A stretch of 64,000 nucleotides of DNA from Owenia fusiformis. Lineage: Eukaryota. The notes beneath the pieces were generated by a model. It worked only from the letters and a program-made list of their open reading frames with translations. It had not been told where the DNA came from and searched no databases. The position numbers and the translations under genes were made by a program. The stretch spans positions 12,834,001 to 12,898,000 of the forward strand of contig CAIIXF020000001.1 of NCBI GenBank assembly GCA_903813345.2, written 5' to 3'. Within the stretch, counting starts at the first letter, position 1. Every line of letters begins with the position of its first letter. Shown here piece by piece: positions 1-12,800 of this stretch.

Positions 1-158
1 ATCTATTGAAGTAGGTATCTGAAGTGTAAGAAGCGTAAAAAATTCTCCCATGTTGTAATCGCACAGGCAAAAGATTGAGATGTTCTCAGGACTATAGTTC
101 TGGCACGGGATAAAGTGGCTTCACTATATCCCTACTGAACTTCGTTTATTGGGATAAT
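1..158 (+). mobile_element. 3' end of a family A element
   Basis: GGCTTCACTATATCCC..GAACTTCGTT..GGGATAAT matches 29656-29697. Confidence 0.6.
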
Positions 159-830
159 AAGTGGTAAAATAGGGGAATCCCCTTCCCTACCTTGTTTTGA
201 GATGTAACCTTGAACTCTACAAGGAGCAAACTAAATTGAGTTCATTCAAAAAAATCATTCATTAATTATCCCCACAATATCGCACTCAAAGACAGATTTT
301 GAAAATTTAAAAATCAATTAAGGCAGACTGACATGGAATTACAAGGAGTTACAGAAGGTGTTACAGATTATTTGGTAGCACAGCAAAGTTAGATATATTT
401 TTTACTTTTCAATTCAACCCAATGTACTGTATGCCATATCCATGCTTACTGTCTAATATACCATTTTATATCATTTCTGTAGATGGCACAAGCATCCAGA
501 AAATATAGTTTCTGAGCTTTCTGATGCTCTATAAGAAAAATCTGAAACGTTTTATAGGATTTGATAATCTAAGGGTTAAATGGATTCATACATTATGTCA
601 ATACAACACCTTAATACAAAAACAAATGCTTCTCTGTTTCACCTGACTAACTCACATGTAAGCTCAATTTGATTAATCCAATCAATTCTTGTTGGCATTA
701 CAATGTCATAACAAAGATAACTATACTTAATCCTTTTCAAAATGGATATATTTAAAAACATTTATTGAGTTGCACTAAACCAGAAGACTGGAGGGTTGGG
801 GAACGCATCTAACGGGAGAGCCTGACAACC

Positions 831-893
831 ATGAACAGTTTAACATTCAAATATCTGTTGCTCATCATTGGATTGATTGGGACTCATTGCAGG
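831..893 (+). CDS. Astacin exon 1 (signal peptide MNSLTFKYLLLIIGLIGTHCR)
   Basis: ACCATG start, hydrophobic core, donor AGG|GTAAGT, phase 0. Confidence 0.8.
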
Positions 894-3800
894 GTAAGTT
901 ATATCAGGTAATTGTTGTCCTGTTTGCACATACAAAGGACGATTCTCGGTTTGGAGAACAGTCGCCTGGGCTGATAATTTTTTTCATGAAAATATAGAAA
1001 TATTACCCAAATTAACTATGAATATTCAAAAGAGGACATTTAAATCTACAAGATGTAAAAATAACAAATTGATCTGAAGCAGGGATAACGCTCAATTAGA
1101 CCGATTCAATAAAATACAAGTCTCGATTTGGGGAAAGAAGTTCATCAGTGTACTGCGCTAATATTTTTTTGCGAAAAATCTAGAAATATTACCCAAATTA
1201 ATTTATGACTATTCAAATGAAGACATTCAAATCTATATCATGTAAAATAATCAAATTTGTCCGAAGCAGGGATAATGCTCATTTAGATTGATGAACTTCG
1301 TTCTCCAAACCGAGAATCGTCCTTTGCTGAAGTGTGCAAGAGGTAACATATCTAGTTAAAAGAAGGATATAAGACAACTGGAAATGCTAAATGGGCATTT
1401 TTAGATTCTTAAAATTGTCAAAGTTGAGTAAAATTGGGGGTAATGTGTGTACAAATTGTAACCTGATAACTCATCCCCAGAATAACTCATCAATTGTTAG
1501 AAGTATCAAAATACATCAGCTGTTTAGAAGATCAAGAAAAAAAGAATCGCATATTAAGAAGATGATGCCAGTGAGAAATGCCTGATAATAATGTCTTTAT
1601 TAAAAGGCTCTATCATGATATTTGGTCAAGATCAAAATATACAAAATTCAACATAATTGTCTTTTAAACCCCAAAAAATTAAAAACAATGTAGTATATAA
1701 ATAAACAATGAACAACACTGCGTATCATAATCGAATAAAATCTGGTAAATATGACAATGTAAATAGAACAACGATAAATGCAAGTATATATTAATTTCCT
1801 GAAAATGGATGATTTTAAAAGGAACGACAAAGCAACATTCATGACATTTCACCTAATACCCAAGACTCATTTCATTTGTTTCACTCGCTACATAAAATTC
1901 AGTTGAATTTGCTTAATCCTGAACAATCTTTTTATAGACGAGATGCAAGTCGAAACAATTTTCATTTTCATCATTATATATTCAAAATTTAGTGTAAGTG
2001 ATATGATATTTGAAATCTATAGTACTATGTAAGATTGCATCTAGAAATGTGGTTCTGAAGATTGTTCATTAACTTTAAAATTTTATTTTTCTTTGAGGAT
2101 GTGACTTCTAGGTCAGGTAGATTCCCCATAGAGTCCACGTTATAAAATCTTGAAAAGTGAAATATCTTGTATTGGACAGATAATATTTTCTTTCACTTTA
2201 CCTCTATGACTTTGATCTTATTATTTAATAAATCTTGCTTATTGTACCAACTGCCCTGACAACTGTAGAATACAACAATAACATATGCATAAATCTAGCT
2301 CAAAACAATTGAAAAGTATGAATAACTTACAAATGCATACAGAAATGGTCCATTTATAAACTTATGAATTTGTAAATTATTTGTGAATGTTAATAAATTT
2401 ACATATTGCGAATGTTGTTAGTACGAACAGTATAAGAAAGGGCCACTGGTGGTGAAACTGTTAACAAACTATTGGTACCTTGGAAATTAACATTTCTAAT
2501 CACCCTGTATATGGCACCAAATGCATTGACTTAGAATGAAAAAGTTTATATTCATGTACATGTATTGAATAGTGGAACATAATTATAATCATACGTGTTC
2601 TGATTTCTTTCTTTCCAGCCATCCACTGAAAGTGAGGAAAGTGAAGAATCTAGCAATGAAATAGATGATGATGGTAAGAGAATATTGTTAGATATCAAAA
2701 TATATTATTTTCTGTTTGTTATATGAAATAGCATACCAACCAAACTTTCAAAAACTTCAATAAACATAAATTGGCATCAAATTGAAAGTTAATGTGAATT
2801 GTGAACAACCTATTCAACTTTCCTTTAGGTTTTAATGTCCTACTGTACTCCCTGTAATCTTGCGAATTTTAAACTACAGAGAATAATCAGTTAAAAAATT
2901 TGCGAATTTTGACCTACAGAATAATCAGTTAAAAATGTAATTAGTCCTAAACATATAGATAATGAAATGCATATTACACATATTTGGGCTTTGAGCACTT
3001 AAAACAGAGCACTGATTATTTTTGAATGACAGAGGCTATCAATTGAGTTCGTCTCATCTAAAATAGTGAATAAAATTCATTCAAAATAGCTTTTGATTTC
3101 AGCTAAATCAAGTAAAACCTGAATTCCAAATATTTTGTCGTGCAAGTTCCAGTTTTGAACAAATACATAAAAATTCTCAAGCATCTGAGATTGAAGAATT
3201 TAAAGGAAACAAAGGATGGGTATTGATATGGTGAACTTTTTGAACACAAGTTTCTCTTAAACCAGTCATTAAAAATTTCTGAAAATTTTACACATTGTCA
3301 ATTTAATGGTCATCTTTTGAATGGTAAAAAATATAATATGTATATAAACTTTTCTCTATACTGTTTTAGAAAACACATCAGGAACTTCTTTTGTTCTTGG
3401 TATCATATGTTCGGAATGAAACGAAACAGCTATCCAAACCTCATTGGATCAAAATGAAAATGCGTTTAGGTCTCTAAATCTTGTCATTGTACAAAGGAAA
3501 GTTCGGTTGATTTAAAAAAAGTATCTTGAGAGGTCTGAGAAAATGTTGTATTTGCTATTTTGTTCCAACAAGCTTCGGAAAAGATGTTTTATTTCATTCT
3601 CAAGAATTGGTAAAAAGAAACAAAAAACAATTGTACTAAATACAAAAAATGTTAACAAAAACAGTTATATAAAATATATATAAATAATATTCGCATTAAA
3701 TTGTTGTCAATCAGTCAAAATTACATAAAGGATCGTTTTTTACAGAATGTTTTCAATAATTGGTTTAAGAGAAAAACATTGTTAAATTCAGTTCACCATA

Positions 3801-6800
3801 TCGATACCAATACTTTTCTTAGAATGAGGCTTACTCAAATGACTTTTTTTACATTTGAGCCAAACCATTACTGTTATTGCAACAAAAAACACTGCAATTT
3901 AGTAGGAAACTAAGTGTGAAATAATTACATATTACCTATATACTTATGTATAAATGTTTTTCACTTATCATCAAGCTGTTATAACCTTAAAACATAGTAA
4001 TAAAAAATTAAAAGATTGCATGTATGTCGTCATTACACCTTATAGCTGATGTAAATATCAAAATAATAGTTTTGAAATAACATGTCATTAACATATCAGA
4101 GTAAACCTAGTTTGAACGGGGTTTTAACATGATACGATCCAGACTAAAAAATCCCTTCTAACTGTTCTGTAATAATTACAAAATGTCTGAAGAAGACGAT
4201 TATCATTAATCCAAGGCATTAACATGCAAAATGTCACCACTTGCCATTTATTACAGGCATCGAACACAGCCACAAAAAAAGTTGAGGACTATAACACCAT
4301 GTAGAGATATGTCATGCATATGCAACATTTTGTTTTTGTCAACCTAAGTTTAACAATGAAAACAGCACTTGTTAAAATATTTGTATAATATGTGTGTCAC
4401 AATTTAGTTCAAATCAGTGACTGTTTTATGATATCAAACATTAACAAGAATAAGAAGGAAGATGTGACCCCTAACAATTCTGTTTGGGCTACTGACAGTA
4501 CAGTAGATATATAATTGTATTTAATAATAAAAATGTATGAGATATAAGAAGTTTGATCACCCTGAAGGCAAAATAAAAATGGCAAAAAAGCTGTGGCAAC
4601 TTCAATATTGAGTACATTCTGGCTTCTAAATTACGAGGGGTGATCCAAAAGTCTTGGACGCACCGCTCTAGCTTTGCTATTTTCTAATATAATTATATGA
4701 AACTTTCAGATAATAAAGATCAACATCTTAACAACTTTGTGTATAAGTTTCAACAGAAAATAATATGTTTTAGCTACTTTTTCAAATATTTTTTGATATT
4801 GGGTCCCTGCCACCCGGAACGGTATTTGAATATAGCAAATCACGTCACAACTGTTAATTTGAAAAATACTTTAGGTGCAGGTGCACAACCTAACACCAGT
4901 CATGATATGAGAGAATTTCCAATTTTTCAATCTGAGTGTCATCTGCCATCATCATCTTCACATAACAAAATATACTTTTAAACATATTTTCCATGAATTT
5001 GAACATATTTTCCGTGCCGCTTTACCCTTGAATGAAAGATATTTATGAAACCGCCATAATGCTTATGTGATACGAATGTTCCTTGAGCGCCACTCTAAAC
5101 CTCATCCAATGAGTAAAAACATTTTCTTTCAACCCTCCTTTCAACTTCAGAAAAGGAAGAAAATCACACGGAGCCTTATCTAGACTGTATCGCGCAGATG
5201 GGAGCTGCTCAAGGTCAATAATAGTGAGAATATTTTGTAGTATTCTTTGCTTCACTTTGATTTCTTTCATGTTCTGCATTTCAGCAGCCATCTTGCAGCA
5301 AAAATGATACCAGAATGAGGGTTACTTGTCTGATGTCATTTTCTTAGAATTTGACATATACGGCCATTGTCATATGTGACATTATAATTAAAGCACAATT
5401 AATTGGTTGCCTGGTAACAAAGGAAGTAAACTAACATGGTTAAATATTCAAAATTCAAAGAAAGATAGTGGTTAAAACTTGCGAAGCAAGTCATATGGCG
5501 GCAACGTTTAAGGCTGAAAGTTGCCTTATGCGAATACCGTTCCGGGTAGCAGGGTCCCTATATTAAAAACGATCTAGAAAACTACATAAAATATATCATT
5601 TCACCATGGAATTAATACACAAAGTAGTTAGGTTGTTGGTCTTTATTATTGAAAGGTTTAAAGTAATTTTATCAAAAACCAACAAAATTAGAGCAGGGCG
5701 TCCAAGACTTTTGGATCACCCCTCGTATAAGGAATAAATCCCATTATTATATCATTATCTAGCTAGCGACAGTATGATTGGTCAAAACCGGGTCACATGT
5801 CGTGGGATATCTGGCGATATTCAATGGCAATGCTAATCAGATAAGACAACTGTGAGATATCTAGCGATATCCCACGCTCCCGGGAATTTTCAAAGAATTT
5901 GTTTTCGTTCAGTGTAAATAATTTAGTTCAGTGTAAGTCAAAATGGCAGATGAACCGAGTAGATTTAATGCATTTCAATGTTAACCTATGACTTAATAAT
6001 ATTAGGGATGTTTAGCTAGACAGTGATATAATAAAACAAATATTTCACTCTATTTCGGTGAATACCTGTAGCACTTTCACAAGGTGATATCACTTGTGAA
6101 AGATGTACAGGTATTCACCTCATTAGAGTGAAATATTTGTTCAATATTCTTTCAACTGACAATAGATGAGTGAGTTTTTCCATTGGATGAAGTACTGTGT
6201 TGCTAGCAAGATATCCAAGATTTTGAATAGTATGGCATGGTATGGTATGGTATGGTATGGTATGGTATGGTATGGTATGGTATGCCCACATGTTTAAATG
6301 AACAATTGATAAGATTGACACTTGTAATTATAGGCGGGACTGTAAAAGTCTAAATTGCTTCATAAATAATATTACATCTGTCCTTACATATATGCTTGTA
6401 TTTACAGATGAAACGCCCGATCAAGTACCACACAATGATAAAGAAACAGAAGGTAAATAATTTTAAAAAGCCTTAATGTCCACATTAACAATTTCAGAGA
6501 CATCTACAGTCAAGGCAAACAATAAACAATGTAACATACATGCCTGATATACACACATTCAGGTGGGCCAAAAATGTCCATATTTCTTTCTTTTTTATAA
6601 TGCATGGATTTCAATAATATTTTCACAGGATCTGTACCCTTTGCATTCGTTTGACTTCACTTCTTAAAAGAGAGCTTCGTCTTCACTCTTTCAAACTAAA
6701 ATAAACGCATTTGGCGTATGTTTCTTCAAGCTCGCTGATTGGTGGAAGGTCAGCGCGTAGGTCAATAGGTCAAAAGTGATTTACCCAAACTGTCGCCAGT

Positions 6801-9800
6801 ACCCGTCGTGGGGCAGGGCTACTAAACTGTAATATGGTCTCTGCTAGGCAGAGTGTAGTTTAACTAGACTCTGCACGCAGGGTACAGGATCTGCCATAAT
6901 CAATTAGACAATCAACCTCAAATTGAGATAATATCTGTGGTGGTTTCAATCAACATTAGAGCAATGGGAAGGTTTTTAAACCAATATATAAGAAAAGATG
7001 GACCTGCTGTTCAACATAAAAAATGGAACTGGTGGGTCAAATTCTGGGTCAAAAATGAATGAGTCAAATGATCTACATCTTACTTATTTGTTTTTGATAC
7101 TTCTACTATTAGGCAATCAGCATGGGGGTTTGTTGGTACCAAATTAGGGAAATGATGGCCAAGGTGATTTTTTGGAAGGGTTTAGACCTCTAGAGAAAAT
7201 ATGTGATAGCATTGTAATGGTCTTCCAGTTTACAATAAATCTCCGATCTCACCGAGCAAATCAGAGTTCGTCGTCGAGATACGGATGACTTTCCATATGG
7301 TCATTTCCTCTGACATCCCCGCATAATTGATGAGCACGTGTTTCTTCCACTTCGCTGATTGGTTGAGAAAGGGTCAGCGTGGTAGATTTGAAATGATTTA
7401 TTACTCAGGCTGTCACAGGCACCAACATTCGGGTCAGGGCTGCTAGACTGTAATATAGTCTATACTAGGCAGAGGGTAGTTTATAACTAGACTCTGCGTA
7501 CAGGGAATTTTCAAAATGGCCACCGGTGCACTTATTACCGCATAAAAGAAGTATTATCTAAGCATACTGAGAGGCACACAGTGATTTTAGGGTCTATATC
7601 TAGGTTTTAGGGTCAACGTTTTCCTTTATATCCAAATATAAGTCATCAAAGAATTACTTTATATGGAACTCCAAGATGACCACCAAAATAGCTGCCGAAA
7701 TGAATATGTGACTATTGATATAAGCTCAAAGAACAAATAAAATTTGTGCTTCTCATATATCATTCTGGCAACTATATATTTTTAACTAAGACTACCAATT
7801 TCCGATAACCTTTCTTATTCAGACACCCATAATGATTCATTTATCCCTCTCAGGGACAAATATAACATGGCACTATGTCACTACCTGCCATTTATTACAG
7901 ATACCAAACACCAAATGTGAGCTTTCAAACGCCATCCATAAAAAATTGGAGACAATAACAATATGTCACCATTTCTGGCGGTAACATAAAAATGGTTCCT
8001 ACATCACTACCAAAGAGTTCTAAAATATATGCATTATTAAAAATATTATCATCAAAATTAAAAATGGACATGTTTGGCCCACCTTGTATACAATATAACA
8101 ATACCATAATCAGGTAGACATATGAGAATCTACAGACATGTACTGTAATTATCCCAACGAACAAAGTTCGGTAGGGATATAGTGAAGCCCTCCGTCCGTC
8201 CGTCAGTCTGTCAGTCAGTCCGTCAGTCCGTCAGTCCGTCTGTCCGTCCGTCCGTACATTAACAAATGAATATGAAACAGTATATTCTCCGCAAAGAGGG
8301 TAAACTAAGAGGACAAATCAACATAAGACCAACAGTAAGGGGAAGGGGAGAGTTTTCCGGCCGGATCAAAACGTTTAACCCACCTATGCGCAGTCTCAAG
8401 TCTGTGGACCCTGAAGAAAGATAACTAACATCGCAATCAAATCAAGACAAAGAAAGAAGAAAATGAATGAAGAACCAATGCAGCAACAACAAATGACGTC
8501 CGTCCATCCGTCCGGAAGATAACTCAAATACTAGTGGATGTATTTTCTTCATATTTAGTGGAAAGATGTATATTGATGAATAGCTTTACGCAAAAAAGTT
8601 TTCAAGATGTCCGCCGCTTTAAAAATGACGGAACGTTTTTTGCAAAAATCATAAATTTTTCATTCTTAACCAAAGTAATTAATATTATTGTTTGAAATTT
8701 TGGTAGTATATTCACAACGTATTTCACATATATTCCGTGTTTTTCATCCTGACCCCCAGGGGCCGTGTATGGGGGGTCAGGAAAACAGAAAATTTCGCTA
8801 ATTTTTAGATCTTTCTGAAGTATAGCTTTATTATACTCAAATGAAAGGCAATTAAGAGTAGATTGCAAATATTGTATCTTTTTATCTTTTTTCTGATTCG
8901 AGCCTTGTAAAACTCAAAATGGCCGTCTTATGTACGATTTCGCAATAATTTTTCGATCCCTTCAAAGTATGGCTATATTATACTCAAATTGAAGGAATTT
9001 TGGAGTAGATCACAATTATGGTATTATTTTTCAGATTTTTACCTCAGAAAATTCAAAATGGCTGCTTTGCAGGAATTCGCAATTCTAAAATCTAATTTTT
9101 TTCAATTTTAACCAAAGTAATGAGTATGATTGATTGGAATTCGGTAATTGATATTTTGTTCGTTGTTCGTTTGCTACTCCGCGGAGTTGCCGTTATCTAG
9201 TTACCTTTGGCAAGTAATCTAATTACAAGGTGCTAAATCTATTTCTGAGTGTAATTGCACTGTAATTAGAAGACAATGACTAATGTGAAGGATAATCAAT
9301 ATATATTACACATTATTTTGTTAAATATGAATTAACACAGCCAAAGTGTGAGAATAATAATGTCTGATACAACTTTTCATTAGCAATTAATATCAAACAT
9401 AACTTATTGACATCTTGTATCATTACATGATTACATTAGTCACATATCAAATGTCTTAGGCTGTTGAGTTATAGAAATTAGTGTTTTGTATGATCAAACA
9501 AAATATTGCCGATCATATTCAAATGGATGTTAGATACATTTACCCCAGTGATCTCCCAAACATTAGAGCAAGTGGGTACTGCACCCACTTGAGATTTTAA
9601 AAATAGGCTTGCACCCACCTGAGAATCCATTTACACCCACTTGAAAATGAGAAAAATCATGAAAAATTGGCATAATTTAATCAAATTTGGTCTAATTTGT
9701 GAAATTTAGAATTTTGCACGCACTTGAGAAAAATCCTGGGGAGAACACTGTACCCCTTGTCATTGCTTTTTATTTAGAAAGCACAATTACTTTCTTTACT

Positions 9801-12800
9801 TAGAAGATAGTCATAATTAGTAAGCCTCTGGAACCCATCCCCTCCCTCCACTCACAAGAGGACACAAGGGCTTAGCAAGATTATAAAATTGACTGTTTCA
9901 TGCTTTGAAATTAATTTAAATAGATCACATTTCATATCTTTAACATTTCCTAATTTCTTTTTTTGTACATTTAAAGGGGAACTTGTGGAGGGTGACATAT
10001 TATCCAGCGGAGGTGTGGTAAGTAATTGAACAGTTTTTACATATTGATTCAGTAGTGAATGGAAAAGACAAAGTTAATACTTCATTTCTGTACATGAGAC
10101 AAAAGGCGTGCAAAATGTCACCACGATTTATTACATAAGTACATCAACCACTGAACACCAACAAACCAATGCTGAACATCAATCGCTGAATGCCGAACAC
10201 CATCAACAATCGCTGAATGCCAAACACCATCAACAAAACAGTTGAAGGCCATAACAATGTCACCACTTGTGGTGGCGGCATAAAAACACATGGGCCATGA
10301 AATATTTATTCATGAAATCATCAAAGATGGCATAAATGATGTTCATTATAGGCCACTTATTAATATATTTTCTGAGTTATCAATGAATTGAAGAAATATG
10401 ATTGCAAGCAACCGAAATACATTTTTGAAACTTTGAAATCACTTTGGATAAAAAAAAATATTTTAACAAACTATTAAGAAATACTTTCTGAAAGGAACTC
10501 ACAAAATGTTGATTTCTCATGATGAAGAAAATAATGAAAGATCAGCATCAGACTTGTAATTGCCATTAAAAATGATTTGTTCAATTAAAAGGATGTGTGA
10601 ATTCACCTTAATATTGATATTTTCATTTTGGACCATTTTAAACTTTTTACACTAATATCTCAAACAATTATTCAAATTGTCTATTGAAAGTCATATGCTA
10701 TATTTGCATAGAACCTTAAGAGGAATGTTTGTATTTATATTTTTCAAAATGGGATATGAAGCAACTTAAAGATTTTTCATAGTAATGGACTGAATATATG
10801 TGGACAATAAAAATGATGGAGAGCTTGAGTAAATCCAAAATTTCCATCACTGGAAACGGTAGGAGTAGTAATACATATATTTACAGAATATTTCTACAAA
10901 GACAAATCTTGATTCACAATGTGAACTTGAAATTTCAACTTTTTAGTTCAGAAATGCTAATGTTCAACCAAAGATGTGGCCGGGTGGTGAAGTCTTTTAT
11001 GAAAAACCGAGGACAACAACATTCTGTAAGTATACACAAAACTAAGATAAAATCTTCTTAAAGAAAATTTTGCACCCTTCACATACTTGAAAATGATCCT
11101 TGCTTTATTTTAGCGATCTAACCGTAATCTCTCCAATAACAATACATATCATTATATATTGTGAAAATATGCTGTTATCGTTTTTGATGTTGCAAATAAG
11201 CTATTCTTGGCAGGAAAAAATTGCCATGCATGAAATTTCCTGGGATTTTTGACTTCTTTCATATATGGGCACTTATTAGAATGGTCTAAGGATGTATTTT
11301 CAATTTTCTAAATGTCCCAGGTGCTAATTAGAGAATATGCTAAATATTATATATGATTATTCATTATTTTTAGCATCTGGTGTGATTGATAACATTACCC
11401 AGGCTATGGCAGATATAACTGCTGCATCTGGGAATTGTATAGTGTTTAAAGAAAGGACTATACGGACAGGAAAAAGAAATTATATTCAAATTAAAAAAGA
11501 CCGTGGGTAATTTTAAATTATTTTTTATAGTAGTAGTATCTTTATTTTTTTATGTCCCATGCACTAAAACAGATACTATATACAAAATATAACATTAAAA
11601 AATACATAAAAACAGTGCCTGACCAATGCTAACCTATGAGAGACATATATGTTTATTGCTGGAAAATGTCTCAAATTGTCTCAAATGAATTTCTTAATAT
11701 AGGGTGACCCCAAAAATCCAATCCTCTTATTTTGAACTTCTCAATCTTAATGGAATCTTCTTGAATTTTCTTATGTATAGTAAGCTAAATGGGGTAAAAA
11801 AGCACTACTTACCATATTCCCTCCAATAAATGCACAGAGCATCTACCATAGTTGGATTACCTTACCTCTACCTTAATCCTGGATTGTGATATTGGTTCTC
11901 GATTGGAGGGGGAGGGGGATGCTAGAAATTGTTTCTTTTCACGTTAGATCATGGTTTTGGGATATATAGGGTCTACTTTTCTTATGACAGATTTATACTT
12001 ACAGTTTGCTTTTCTTGTTGGATTTCCTTAAAGTTTTTAGTCACTCTTCCCTTTTGGCATTTGTGCTTATATATTTATTCTCCTGAAAGAGGTATCTCAA
12101 ATGACAAAATCGGTATAATGTGATTGAAAATAAATTGTATGTTGTTCAAATAGTTCAATTGGGCAAGAAATCAACAAGTGGAGTATATCGTCACAATATC
12201 CTTCTCGTATTGGTTTTCCGGAGTATATCGTCAAAATATCCTTTGTATATTGGTTTTCCGGAGTATATTGTGGCATACTTTGTTGAATATATGTATTTAA
12301 TGGCAAAAACAAAAATTCTAGGAAATTAAATGTTTAATAGGCTTAATCCCTAAGTAAGTTGTAGATGCAGTCAACGTATGCCAATTACACCAGAAAAAAT
12401 AAAAAAGCATTCTAGTGGAAAGCGCTATACAAAATCGCCATCCTGATTACACCAACATTTCTAAAAAAGAGCCTTAGGAATTTACCTGTCATTTCTAAAA
12501 AGCCTTTCGTGCACTTTTAACGATGTAGATATGGAGAATATCCAGTAGATGTGTACATCTAAAATAAATGCATTATTTTAGCATCTAGGAGAAAACATAA
12601 TCAAAACTTTTGCCAGTGATGTGAACTAACCTTTAATTTTGGAGATATAATTTGATGACCTATCGAATTTTTGGGTCAAATCAATCGATCATTTCCTGTA
12701 TTTTGCGGCGGCCAAAATGTGTAGCATTCGAAATATGTCTTATTTCATTTAGGGCAAATGTTAAAAACAAGAGTAAGGTGTTTTACAAAAACTGATCGGT

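Noticed and set aside
6115..6321. ORF with YHTIP repeats
   Set aside because: Translation of the (TATGG)n microsatellite.
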